A stretch of DNA of 64,000 bases from Angustibacter luteus (GTDB lineage: Bacteria > Actinomycetota > Actinomycetes > Actinomycetales > Angustibacteraceae): assembly GCF_039541115.1 (NCBI RefSeq), contig NZ_BAABFP010000008.1:124001-188000 (forward strand). The letters run 5' to 3'. The notes beneath the pieces were generated by a model, which saw nothing but the letters and a program-made list of their open reading frames with translations, did no database searches and was not told the origin of the DNA. Shown here piece after piece: positions 39,529 to 47,806 of the stretch; positions within the stretch are counted from its first letter, which is position 1, and every line of letters starts with the position of its first letter. The translations under genes and the position numbers were made by a program.

Positions 39529-41817
39529 ATGGCTACTCGACCGGCTGCGGCACCACGCAGTCTCGCCGACGAGCTGCGGTCGTGGGACGACGCGCGGCTC
39601 GTCGCCCTGCTGCGCGCCCGCCCGGACGTGATGACCCCGCTGCCGAACGACCTGACGACCGTGGCCGCCCGCTGCACGACCCGGGCCAGCGTGCACCGGG
39701 TGCTCGACAGCCTGGACACCTTCGAGCTGCAGGTCCTTGACGCGCTCGCGGCGCTGCCCGACCCGGCCAGTCGCACGGACGTGGCGCGGCTGCTCGGCGT
39801 CCGGCCGACGAGCCTGGCCGCGACGCTGGACCGGCTGCGGGACCTCGCCCTGGTCTGGGGTCGGGATGCCGCGCTGCGACTGGTGCTGACCGTGCGGGAC
39901 ACGCTCGGACCGTTCCCCGCCGGCCTGGGGCCGCCCTCACCGACCGCCCCCGACGGCGCCGAGGTGGACGCGCTGCTCGCCCAGGCACCCGAAGGGGCGC
40001 GGGAGGTCCTGGACCGGCTGGTCTGGCAGTCGCCCGTAGGTGCCGTGCGGGGCGCGGACCGGCCGACCAGCCGGACGACGGCCCGGTCGCCGGTGGAGTG
40101 GTTACTGGCCCACCGCCTGCTCGCGGTGCTGGACCCGGACCACGTCGTGCTGCCCCGCGAGGTCGGCCTGCACCTGCGAGGCGGACGGGTGCACCGCGAC
40201 GTCCAGCCGGAGCCACCCGCCATCGCGGCGAGCGAGCGGGCCCCGCGGTTGGTCGACGCCGCGGCCGGTGGGGCGGCCAGCGACCTGCTCCGGCTGGTCG
40301 CCGAGCTCGGTGAGCTCTGGGGGGTGACGCCGCCGCCGGTGCTGCGCTCCGGTGGCCTCGGCGTCCGCGACCTGCGCCGGACGGCGGCCGCGTTGGACCT
40401 CCCCGAGCCGGCCGCAGCGGTCGTCATCGAGCTGGCGTACGCGGCGGGGCTCGTCGCGGACGACGGCCAGGTCGGCGCGTCGTGGGCGCCGACCCCGGCT
40501 TACGACGCGTGGACGTCGGAGCCGCCGGCCGGACGGTGGCGCCGGATCGCCGGAGCGTGGCTGGGCATGTCGCGGGTCCCGGAGCTGGTCGGCCAGCGCG
40601 ACGACCGCGACACCGTGCGCGCGGCCCTGTCCGCCGACGTGGACCGGGCGCCGGCAGCGAGCGTGCGGCAGAGCGTGCTCGCCGTGCTCGCCGAGCTTCC
40701 CACGGGTAGCGCGCCGGACGTGGAGACCCTGCTGAGCCGGCTGCGGTGGCGGCGGCCTCGACGGACCGGTTCGTTGGCCGAGCAGCTCGCCCGCTGGACC
40801 GTGCAGGAAGCCGAGCTGCTGGGCGTGACCGGCCGGGGCGCGCTCAGCGCGGCGGGTCGCGCCCTGCTGGCGGGTGACGACGACGAGGTCGAGCAGGTGG
40901 TCGCCGCGCTGCTGCCGGCCCCGGTCGACCACGTGCTGCTGCAGGCCGACCTCACCGCGGTGGCTCCGGGTCCGCTCGAGGTCGACCTCGGCCGCCTGAT
41001 GCACCTGGCCGCAGACGTCGAGTCCCGCGGCGGCGCGACCGTCTACCGGTTCACCCCGGACAGCGTGCGCCGAGCCCTGGACAGCGGCTGGGCCGCGGAG
41101 CAGCTGCTCGCCGAGCTGGGCGAGGCCAGCCGGACGCCGGTGCCCCAACCCCTGGAGTACCTGGTGCGCGACGTCGCCCGTCGGCACGGCCGGATCCGGG
41201 TCGGCGCCGCGAAGTCCTTCGTGCGCAGTGACGACGAGAGCGTGCTGCGCGAGCTGATGGCCGACCGGCGGGCGGCCCCGCTGTCCTTGCGCGCGCTGGC
41301 ACCCAGTGTCCTGGCGGCCCAGGCGGAGCCGGCGACCGTCCTGCAGGTCCTGCGGTCCATGGGCCTGGCCCCGGCGGCCGAGTCCGCGACCGGCGAGGTG
41401 GTGGTGCGTCGTCCGGACGCCCGCCGCACCCCGCTGCGCCAGCCCCCAGCCCCCACCCGCGGCGAGGTCACCCCCGCCGCCGACCCGCTGCTGCAGGCCG
41501 TGGTCCGGGCGCTGCGCTCGGCGGCGCCGCCCGCACCCGCGCCAGCCGGTCCGGCCCTGGCCCCGACCGAGCCGACGCACACGCTCGCCGTGCTGCGCGA
41601 GGCGATCGAGCGCCGGCAAAGGGTGTGGATCGGCTACGCCGACGGCACCGGCCGGGTGGAGCGCCGCGTCGTCGAACCCCTCAGCGTCGAGGGCGGGCGG
41701 GTGACGGCGTTCGACCACAGCCGCGAGGAGGTCCGCTCGTTCTCGGTGCACCGGGTGACAGGGGTCGCGCCGGCGTCGGTCGACGAATCCAGGCCCGGAG
41801 GTCACCCCGATCGCTAG
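39529..41817 (+). CDS. Helicase-associated (XPB partner, Rv0862c-like) protein with C-terminal WYL-like domain
   Basis: LLQADLTAVAPGPL..VESRGGATVYRFTPDSVRRALDSG..PVPQPLEYLVRDVARRHG. C-terminus reads WIGYAD..RVVEP..RSFSVHRV. Confidence 0.85.
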   Translation: MATRPAAAPRSLADELRSWDDARLVALLRARPDVMTPLPNDLTTVAARCTTRASVHRVLDSLDTFELQVLDALAALPDPASRTDVARLLGVRPTSLAATLDRLRDLALVWGRDAALRLVLTVRDTLGPFPAGLGPPSPTAPDGAEVDALLAQAPEGAREVLDRLVWQSPVGAVRGADRPTSRTTARSPVEWLLAHRLLAVLDPDHVVLPREVGLHLRGGRVHRDVQPEPPAIAASERAPRLVDAAAGGAASDLLRLVAELGELWGVTPPPVLRSGGLGVRDLRRTAAALDLPEPAAAVVIELAYAAGLVADDGQVGASWAPTPAYDAWTSEPPAGRWRRIAGAWLGMSRVPELVGQRDDRDTVRAALSADVDRAPAASVRQSVLAVLAELPTGSAPDVETLLSRLRWRRPRRTGSLAEQLARWTVQEAELLGVTGRGALSAAGRALLAGDDDEVEQVVAALLPAPVDHVLLQADLTAVAPGPLEVDLGRLMHLAADVESRGGATVYRFTPDSVRRALDSGWAAEQLLAELGEASRTPVPQPLEYLVRDVARRHGRIRVGAAKSFVRSDDESVLRELMADRRAAPLSLRALAPSVLAAQAEPATVLQVLRSMGLAPAAESATGEVVVRRPDARRTPLRQPPAPTRGEVTPAADPLLQAVVRALRSAAPPAPAPAGPALAPTEPTHTLAVLREAIERRQRVWIGYADGTGRVERRVVEPLSVEGGRVTAFDHSREEVRSFSVHRVTGVAPASVDESRPGGHPDR

Positions 41818-41826
41818 GGTGACGAC

Positions 41827-42387
41827 GTGCCTGACGAGACGACGCCGGTGCCCGGCGAGAGCCACGACGACAACCGCGACGACAACCGCGACGACAACCC
41901 GTACGCGCCGCCCGCCCCACAGCAGCCGGCTGCACCGCAGCCACCCCCTGCACCCCAGCCGCCGCCGCCGTACGGACAGCCCCCGGCCTACGGCCAGCCG
42001 CCCACGTACGGACAGCCACCTGCGTACGGACAGCCTCCTGCCTACGGCCAGCCGCCGCAGTACGGCCAGCCGCCGGCCTATGGCCAGCAGTACGGCCAGC
42101 AGCAGTACGCGAGCTACGCGACGACGCCGGGTAAGGCCATCGGCGTCCTGATCTGCGGGATCGCCTCGATCGTCCTGTCCTTCTTCTGCGGCGTCGGCGT
42201 CATCCCCGGCATCGTGGCCGTGGTGCTCGCCGGAGGCGCGAAGCGGGAGATCGAGGAGTCGGGCGGCCGCTTCGTCGGCGCCGGGGTGGTGACCGCCGGA
42301 CGCATCTGCGCGATCGTCGGCATCGTGCTGAGCGTGCTCTTCGTCGGCCTCATCGTGGGCCTAGGCAGCATGGGGAACATGAGCTGA
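41827..42387 (+). CDS. DUF4190-like membrane protein with Pro/Gln/Tyr-rich N-terminus
   Basis: YGQPPA repeats, then two TM regions with AKREI..G..G.G...AG.I. Confidence 0.8.
   Translation: MPDETTPVPGESHDDNRDDNRDDNPYAPPAPQQPAAPQPPPAPQPPPPYGQPPAYGQPPTYGQPPAYGQPPAYGQPPQYGQPPAYGQQYGQQQYASYATTPGKAIGVLICGIASIVLSFFCGVGVIPGIVAVVLAGGAKREIEESGGRFVGAGVVTAGRICAIVGIVLSVLFVGLIVGLGSMGNMS
41970..42104 (+). repeat. In-frame 18-bp tandem repeat encoding (YGQPPA)n
   Basis: About 5-6 copies of TACGG(A/C)CAGCC.CC.GC. with synonymous variation. Confidence 0.85.
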
Positions 42388-42415
42388 CGTCGGCGGCCCC
42401 AGCCACGGCCCGTTA

Positions 42416-42442
42416 CGTCACGTCACGTCACGTCACGTCACG
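42416..42442. repeat. Pentanucleotide microsatellite (ACGTC)x5
   Basis: acgtcacgtcacgtcacgtcacgtcacg overlaps the VOC stop codon. Confidence 0.9.
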
Positions 42443-42864
42443 CAGAACTCGTTGCCCTCCACGTCCTGCATGACCAGCCAGCGCGAGCCCATCCCCTCGC
42501 GCCACTCGACGCGACTCGCGCCGATCGACTCGAGCCGTTCGGCCTCGGCGAGCACGGCCGCGTCGGCGACCTCGCGGTCGTCACCCCGCGCGCTGACCCG
42601 GATGTCGAGGTGGACCCTGTTCTTGACGGTCTTGCCCTCGGGCACCTTCTGGATGAAGAGCCGTGGGCCCGATCCGTCGGGGTCGACGACGGCGTCGGCG
42701 GAGTCCCACAGCGCTTCGGGCACACCGAACGCCTCCAAGGCTTGGGGCCACGTGTCGAACCCTTCCGGCGGCGACTCCCGGACGTACCCGAGAGCCGAGG
42801 CCCAGAAGTCACCCACCTTCGCGGGCTCGGCGGCGTCGAAGACGATCTGCACTGTTCGCGACAT
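42433..42864 (-). CDS. VOC/glyoxalase-like family protein
   Basis: QIVFDAAEPAKVGDFWASALGY, VPEGKTVKNRVHLDI and MQDVEGNEFCV. Confidence 0.9.
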   Translation of the reverse strand: MSRTVQIVFDAAEPAKVGDFWASALGYVRESPPEGFDTWPQALEAFGVPEALWDSADAVVDPDGSGPRLFIQKVPEGKTVKNRVHLDIRVSARGDDREVADAAVLAEAERLESIGASRVEWREGMGSRWLVMQDVEGNEFCVT

Positions 42865-42942
42865 GAGGGGCACGCTGCCAGACGGCACCGACAACGGGCA
42901 CTGACAACGGGCACTGACAGTGCGTCCTGAGACACTGTCCTG
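42865..42942. promoter_or_regulatory. Tandem 13-bp TGTCRGTG repeats forming possible divergent PafBC-type promoters
   Basis: Minus strand: TGTCAGTGCCCGT x2, then TGTCGG-N10-CAGCGT-N7-ATG (VOC). Plus strand: TGACAG-N10-GACACT-N6-GTG (XPB). Confidence 0.55.
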
Positions 42943-44610
42943 GTGAGCGCACCCGACGGACCGCTGATCGTGCAGAGCGACAAGACGCTGCTGCTCGAGG
43001 TCGACCATGCCGAGGCGGACGCGTGCCGCAAGGCGATCGCGCCCTTCGCCGAGCTCGAGCGCGCTCCCGAGCACGTGCACACCTACCGGTTGACCCCGCT
43101 GGGGCTGTGGAACGCCAGGGCCGCCGGGCACGACGCCGAGCAGGTGGTGGACACGCTGCTCACCTACAGCCGCTACCCCGTGCCGCACTCGCTGCTGGTC
43201 GATGTCGCCGAGACCATGGACCGGTTCGGTCGACTGCGGCTCGAGAAGCACCCCAGCCACGGCCTGGTGCTGCACGCCAGCGACGTGCCGGTGCTCGAGG
43301 AGGTGCTGCGCAGCAAGAAGGTGCAGCCCCTCGTCGGCGCCCGGCTGGACACCGAGACGGTGGCGGTGCACCCGAGCGAGCGCGGGCACCTGAAGCAGGT
43401 GCTGCTGAAGCTGGGCTGGCCGGCCGAGGACCTGGCTGGCTACGTGGACGGCGAGAAGCACGCGATCGAGCTGGACCTGCGCGACTGGCACCTGCGGCCG
43501 TACCAGAGCGAGGCGGTGGACAACTTCTGGCACGGCGGCTCCGGCGTCGTGGTGCTGCCCTGTGGGGCGGGCAAGACGTTGGTCGGGGCGGCGGCGATGG
43601 CGCGGGCCAGCGCGACCACGTTGATCCTGGTGACGAACACCGTGTCTGCCCGGCAGTGGCGCGAGGAGCTGCTCAAGCGCACCTCGCTCACCGAGGACGA
43701 GATCGGCGAGTACTCGGGCGCCCGCAAGGAGGTACGCCCGGTCACCATCGCGACCTACCAGGTGCTCACCGTGAAGCGGAAGGGTGTCTACCCGCACCTG
43801 GACCTGCTGGACGCCCGCGACTGGGGCCTGATCCTGTACGACGAGGTGCACCTGCTGCCGGCGCCGATCTTCCGGATGACCGCGGACCTGCAGGCCCGAC
43901 GGCGGCTGGGCCTGACCGCGACGCTCGTCCGCGAGGACGGGCGCGAGGGCGACGTCTTCAGCCTGATCGGCCCGAAGCGGTACGACGCCCCGTGGAAGGA
44001 CATCGAGGCGCAGGGGTACATCGCCCCCGCTGACTGCGTCGAGGTGCGGGTGAGCCTGCCCGAGCGCGAACGGCTGGCCTACGCGACGGCCGAGCCCGAC
44101 GTCCGCTACCGGTTGGCGGCGTCGTCCGACGTCAAGACGAAGGTGGTCGAGCGGCTGGTCGAGCAGCACCGTGGCGAGCCCACCCTGGTCATCGGGCAGT
44201 ACATCGACCAGCTGGACGAGCTGGGCGAGCACCTGGACGCGCCCGTCATCAAGGGCGAGACCACCGTGACCCAGCGACAGAAGCTGTTCGAGGCGTTCCG
44301 CACCGGCGAGATCCAGCTGCTCGTGGTGAGCAAGGTGGCGAACTTCTCCATCGACCTGCCCGAGGCGAGCGTCGCGATCCAGGTGTCCGGCAGCTTCGGC
44401 TCGCGCCAGGAGGAGGCCCAACGCCTCGGCCGGGTGCTGCGGCCGAAGGGCGACGGGCGGTCCGCGCGGTTCTACACCGTGGTCGCGCGGGACACCGTGG
44501 ACGCCGACTTCGCAGCCCACCGCCAGCGGTTCCTCGCCGAGCAGGGCTACGCCTACCGCATCATCGACGCGACCGACGTCCTGACCGGCCCTGTGGACGG
44601 CGAGGCCTGA
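42943..44610 (+). CDS. xpb: DNA repair helicase XPB (Ercc3/Rv0861c-like)
   Basis: LPCGAGKT, DEVH, LGLTATLVREDG, GSRQEEAQRLGRVLR, and N-terminal PLIVQSDKTLLLE. Confidence 0.95.
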   Translation: MSAPDGPLIVQSDKTLLLEVDHAEADACRKAIAPFAELERAPEHVHTYRLTPLGLWNARAAGHDAEQVVDTLLTYSRYPVPHSLLVDVAETMDRFGRLRLEKHPSHGLVLHASDVPVLEEVLRSKKVQPLVGARLDTETVAVHPSERGHLKQVLLKLGWPAEDLAGYVDGEKHAIELDLRDWHLRPYQSEAVDNFWHGGSGVVVLPCGAGKTLVGAAAMARASATTLILVTNTVSARQWREELLKRTSLTEDEIGEYSGARKEVRPVTIATYQVLTVKRKGVYPHLDLLDARDWGLILYDEVHLLPAPIFRMTADLQARRRLGLTATLVREDGREGDVFSLIGPKRYDAPWKDIEAQGYIAPADCVEVRVSLPERERLAYATAEPDVRYRLAASSDVKTKVVERLVEQHRGEPTLVIGQYIDQLDELGEHLDAPVIKGETTVTQRQKLFEAFRTGEIQLLVVSKVANFSIDLPEASVAIQVSGSFGSRQEEAQRLGRVLRPKGDGRSARFYTVVARDTVDADFAAHRQRFLAEQGYAYRIIDATDVLTGPVDGEA

Positions 44611-44639
44611 CCGCTCGCCGTCCGCGCCAGACTGTTCAG

Positions 44640-45353
44640 GTGGACCCCCACGCGCCCGGTGCGCCCGACGCGCCGTCACTGGTCCTGCGACAGGCACGGG
44701 AGCGGGCGATGCTCACGCAGCGGGAGCTCGCCGTCCGCGCCGGCGTCTCACAGTCGGTCGTGTCCCGACTCGAGACCGGCGCCCGACCGACCTCCTGGAC
44801 GGTCTTCACCCTGCTCCTGGGCGCCCTCGACCTGCAACCGCGGATCGCGCTGGAACCCCTGGAATCGCACGTCTCCCGGATGCTCGAGCTCGAGCAGTCG
44901 CGGCCGGCGCTGGACTGGTTCGACGACCTGGTGTTCGACCAGCGCGCGGTCGCGATGCTGCCCAGCCTGGTCCCGGTCGTGGTGGACGGGACGCTGGGCG
45001 CACGGCTGCACGGCCTGCCCCTCCCGGTGGGTGACATCGAGTTCCTGGTGCCGCCCAGCCTGGACGCGGCCGAGCTGGCGGCCGCGTGCCGTGCCTCGGT
45101 GATCAGCCTCCGAGCGGGGCCCGACGAGCGCACGGTGGTGGCCGAGCGCGAGAGCCGACGGCTGGTGTTCCGCACCGTGGCCGAGCCACCGGCAGCGACC
45201 CTGGTCACGCCACCGTGGGCCGGGACCTTTCCCGGCGACGTGTTCGACGACGGCGCACCGGTGCGAGTCGTACCGGTGGGCTCCCTGCGACTGACGAACG
45301 ACGAGCAACGGTTCCTTCGCCACGCTCTGTCGAGGGCACCTCGCCGGGAGTAA
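44640..45353 (+). CDS. XRE-family HTH protein with degenerate nucleotidyltransferase-like C-terminal region
   Basis: LRQARERAMLTQRELAVRAGVSQSVVSRLETG, then VVVDGTLGARLHGLPLPVGDIEFLV. Confidence 0.7.
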   Translation: MDPHAPGAPDAPSLVLRQARERAMLTQRELAVRAGVSQSVVSRLETGARPTSWTVFTLLLGALDLQPRIALEPLESHVSRMLELEQSRPALDWFDDLVFDQRAVAMLPSLVPVVVDGTLGARLHGLPLPVGDIEFLVPPSLDAAELAAACRASVISLRAGPDERTVVAERESRRLVFRTVAEPPAATLVTPPWAGTFPGDVFDDGAPVRVVPVGSLRLTNDEQRFLRHALSRAPRRE

Positions 45354-45487
45354 CCGCAGGAAAAGGGCGCGGCTCGAGCGTCGAATGCCATGGGGGCATG
45401 CGCATGCCAAACCGGCATGGGTCGCCCGACCGGAGCGGGTTGGCCCGCGACACGCTGAACGCGTCGTGGGGCCAGCGTGCACCGTGC

Positions 45488-45504
45488 GTTCAGCCAACTC
45501 CCAG
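45488..45504 (+). promoter_or_regulatory. OmpR-family direct-repeat box upstream of the response regulator
   Basis: GTTCAG-N5-TCCCAG, 11-bp period. Confidence 0.45.
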
Positions 45505-45543
45505 ACTCTGCCCCCACACTGGTGCGCAGGAAGGTGGTGGGGC

Positions 45544-46260
45544 ATGCCCGCTTCGAGTACGCCAGAGGCTCGACTGCTCGTGGTCGAGGACGAGCCCAAC
45601 ATTCGTGAGCTGCTCTCGACGTCCCTGAGGTTCGCGGGCTTCGAGGTGCACACGGCAGCCGACGGCGCCACCGCGCTGAAGCTCGCCGAGACCACGCGAC
45701 CAGACCTGCTCGTGCTGGACGTCATGCTCCCCGACATGGACGGCTTCGCCGTCACCCGCCGGCTGCGCGACCAGGGACGGCGCATGCCCGTCGTCTTCCT
45801 CACCGCGCGCGACGACACCCAGGACAAGGTCACCGGCCTCACCGTCGGCGGCGACGACTACGTCACCAAGCCGTTCAGCCTGGAGGAGGTCGTGGCCCGG
45901 ATCCGCGCCGTGCTGCGCCGCACCAGCGGGCTCGAGGCGGACGACGGCGCGCGGCTCGCGTTCGCCGACCTCGAGCTCGACGAGGACTCCCACGAGGTGC
46001 GGCGGAGCGGGCGGCTCGTCGACCTGTCCCCCACCGAGTTCAAGCTGCTGCGCTACCTGATGCTCAACCCCAACCGGGTGCTGTCCAAGGCTCAGATCCT
46101 GGACCACGTCTGGGACTACGACTTCCGCGGCGAGTCCGGCATCGTCGAGTCCTACATCTCCTACCTGCGGCGCAAGATCGACGCCGACTCCCTCGAGCCG
46201 CTGATCCACACGCGGCGCGGGGTCGGCTACGTGCTGCGGCTGCCCCCCGAGCGAGGCTGA
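45544..46260 (+). CDS. OmpR/PhoB-family response regulator (actinobacterial PhoP/MprA/TcrX type)
   Basis: VVEDE, LDVMLPDMDG, DDYVTKPFS and VESYISYLRRKID..IHTRRGVGY. Confidence 0.95.
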   Translation: MPASSTPEARLLVVEDEPNIRELLSTSLRFAGFEVHTAADGATALKLAETTRPDLLVLDVMLPDMDGFAVTRRLRDQGRRMPVVFLTARDDTQDKVTGLTVGGDDYVTKPFSLEEVVARIRAVLRRTSGLEADDGARLAFADLELDEDSHEVRRSGRLVDLSPTEFKLLRYLMLNPNRVLSKAQILDHVWDYDFRGESGIVESYISYLRRKIDADSLEPLIHTRRGVGYVLRLPPERG

Positions 46261-46261
46261 C

Positions 46262-47764
46262 GTGGCTGAAGCAGGCCTGGCCGCCCGGCTCGACCGGGTC
46301 TCTCTTCGCGACCGGCTGGTCGCGGTCCTGGTGCTGCTCGCGCTCGTCGCGCTCACGATCATGGGCACCCTCGCCGTGACGCTGCTGCGCGGCCAGCTGG
46401 TGAGCAAGGTCGACGACCAGATCCTGGCCACCGAGCAGGTCCTGGTGCGCAACCCCGACTCCGGCCCGCAGCAGCAGCAACAGCAGCAGTCACCGCGCGG
46501 CATCCCGACGTCCACGTTCGGGGTGTTCCTGCCCGACACCGGTGGCAACTACCCGATCGGCCGGCGGATCGGCTCCGGCAGCCCGGACCTGGACGCGATC
46601 ACCGACCAGGTCGTCGCCCAGCACGACGGCAAGCCGTTCACCGTGCAGAGCGCGACGGGCGGCGGCCACTGGCGCGTCGTCGCCGTCCAGGGGACCGACG
46701 CCGAACTCGGCCCGGGCACCCTGGTGATCGGTCAGAGCCTGCGGGACGTCGACGACACCGTGACCCGGATGGCCGTCATCCTGCTCGTGGTCGGCGTCAT
46801 CGTGCTCGTGCTGGTCGGTGTTGCTGGCGCGCTGATCGTCCGGCAGACCCTGCGCCCGCTGCGCGAGGTCGAGGACGTCGCGGGAGCCATCGCGGCCGGC
46901 GACCTGTCCCGGCGCGTCCCGGAGCACCCGACGTCCACCGAGGTGGGCCGGCTGGCCGCGTCGCTGAACGCCATGCTCAGCCAGATCGAGCGGGCCTTCG
47001 CCGTGCAGTCCGCCTCCGAGGAGCGGATGCGCCGCTTCGCCTCCGACGCCAGCCACGAGCTGCGCACGCCGCTGGCCGCCGTCCGCGGCTACGCCGAGCT
47101 GTACCGCCAGGGCGCCGTCACGCAGAAGGCCGACCTCGACACCACGATGCGCCGCATCGAGAACGAGGCGACCCGGATGGGCGGCCTCGTCGAGGACCTG
47201 CTCACGCTCGCCCGGCTCGACGAGCAGCGCGACGAGAAGCGGGTGCCCGTCGACCTCACCGTCGTCGCGGCGGACGCCGTGCAGGACGCCCGCGCCCTGG
47301 ACCCGGCCCGCTCCGTCCGGCTGACCGGACGCGGCGGCGAGCCGCTCGGCCCCATCGAGGTGCTGGGCGACGAACCCCGGCTGCGCCAGGTGGTCACGAA
47401 CCTCGTGGCCAACGCGCTGCGGCACACCCCGGCCGGCTCCCCCGTCGAGCTGGCGGTGGGCCACGACGGCGCTTTCGGCATCGTCGAGGTCCGCGACCAC
47501 GGCACCGGCATCGCCCCGGACCACGCCCGCAAGGTCTTCGAACGCTTCTTCCGCGCCGACGCGTCGCGGCAACGAAGCTCGGGCGGCTCCGGCCTCGGGC
47601 TGGCCATCGTCGCCGCGATCGTGGGCGCCCACGGTGGCCAGGTCGGCGTCAGCGAGACCCCCGGCGGCGGCGCCACCTTCGCCGTCCGGCTGCCGCTGGT
47701 CCGCAACGGGCTCGCATTCACAGGCCACTCCCAGGAAGAGCCCAGCGCCCAGCCAACTGCGTGA
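46262..47764 (+). CDS. HAMP-domain sensor histidine kinase
   Basis: Two TM segments, HAMP, DASHELRTPL, NLVANALRH, DHGTG and GSGLGLAI. Confidence 0.95.
   Translation: MAEAGLAARLDRVSLRDRLVAVLVLLALVALTIMGTLAVTLLRGQLVSKVDDQILATEQVLVRNPDSGPQQQQQQQSPRGIPTSTFGVFLPDTGGNYPIGRRIGSGSPDLDAITDQVVAQHDGKPFTVQSATGGGHWRVVAVQGTDAELGPGTLVIGQSLRDVDDTVTRMAVILLVVGVIVLVLVGVAGALIVRQTLRPLREVEDVAGAIAAGDLSRRVPEHPTSTEVGRLAASLNAMLSQIERAFAVQSASEERMRRFASDASHELRTPLAAVRGYAELYRQGAVTQKADLDTTMRRIENEATRMGGLVEDLLTLARLDEQRDEKRVPVDLTVVAADAVQDARALDPARSVRLTGRGGEPLGPIEVLGDEPRLRQVVTNLVANALRHTPAGSPVELAVGHDGAFGIVEVRDHGTGIAPDHARKVFERFFRADASRQRSSGGSGLGLAIVAAIVGAHGGQVGVSETPGGGATFAVRLPLVRNGLAFTGHSQEEPSAQPTA
47718..47745 (+). promoter_or_regulatory. 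Triple 11-bp-period direct repeat upstream of htrA
   Basis: TCACAG-N5-TCCCAG-N5-GCCCAG lies inside the 3' tail of the kinase gene. Confidence 0.5.
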
Positions 47765-47806
47765 GGTGTCCTTGACTCAGACCCCCACACAGAGGTGAGA
47801 GCCAGG

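Noticed and set aside
42865..44697. Apparent 754-aa VOC fusion ORF
   Set aside because: It is the antisense shadow of xpb. The real VOC gene starts at ATG 42864.
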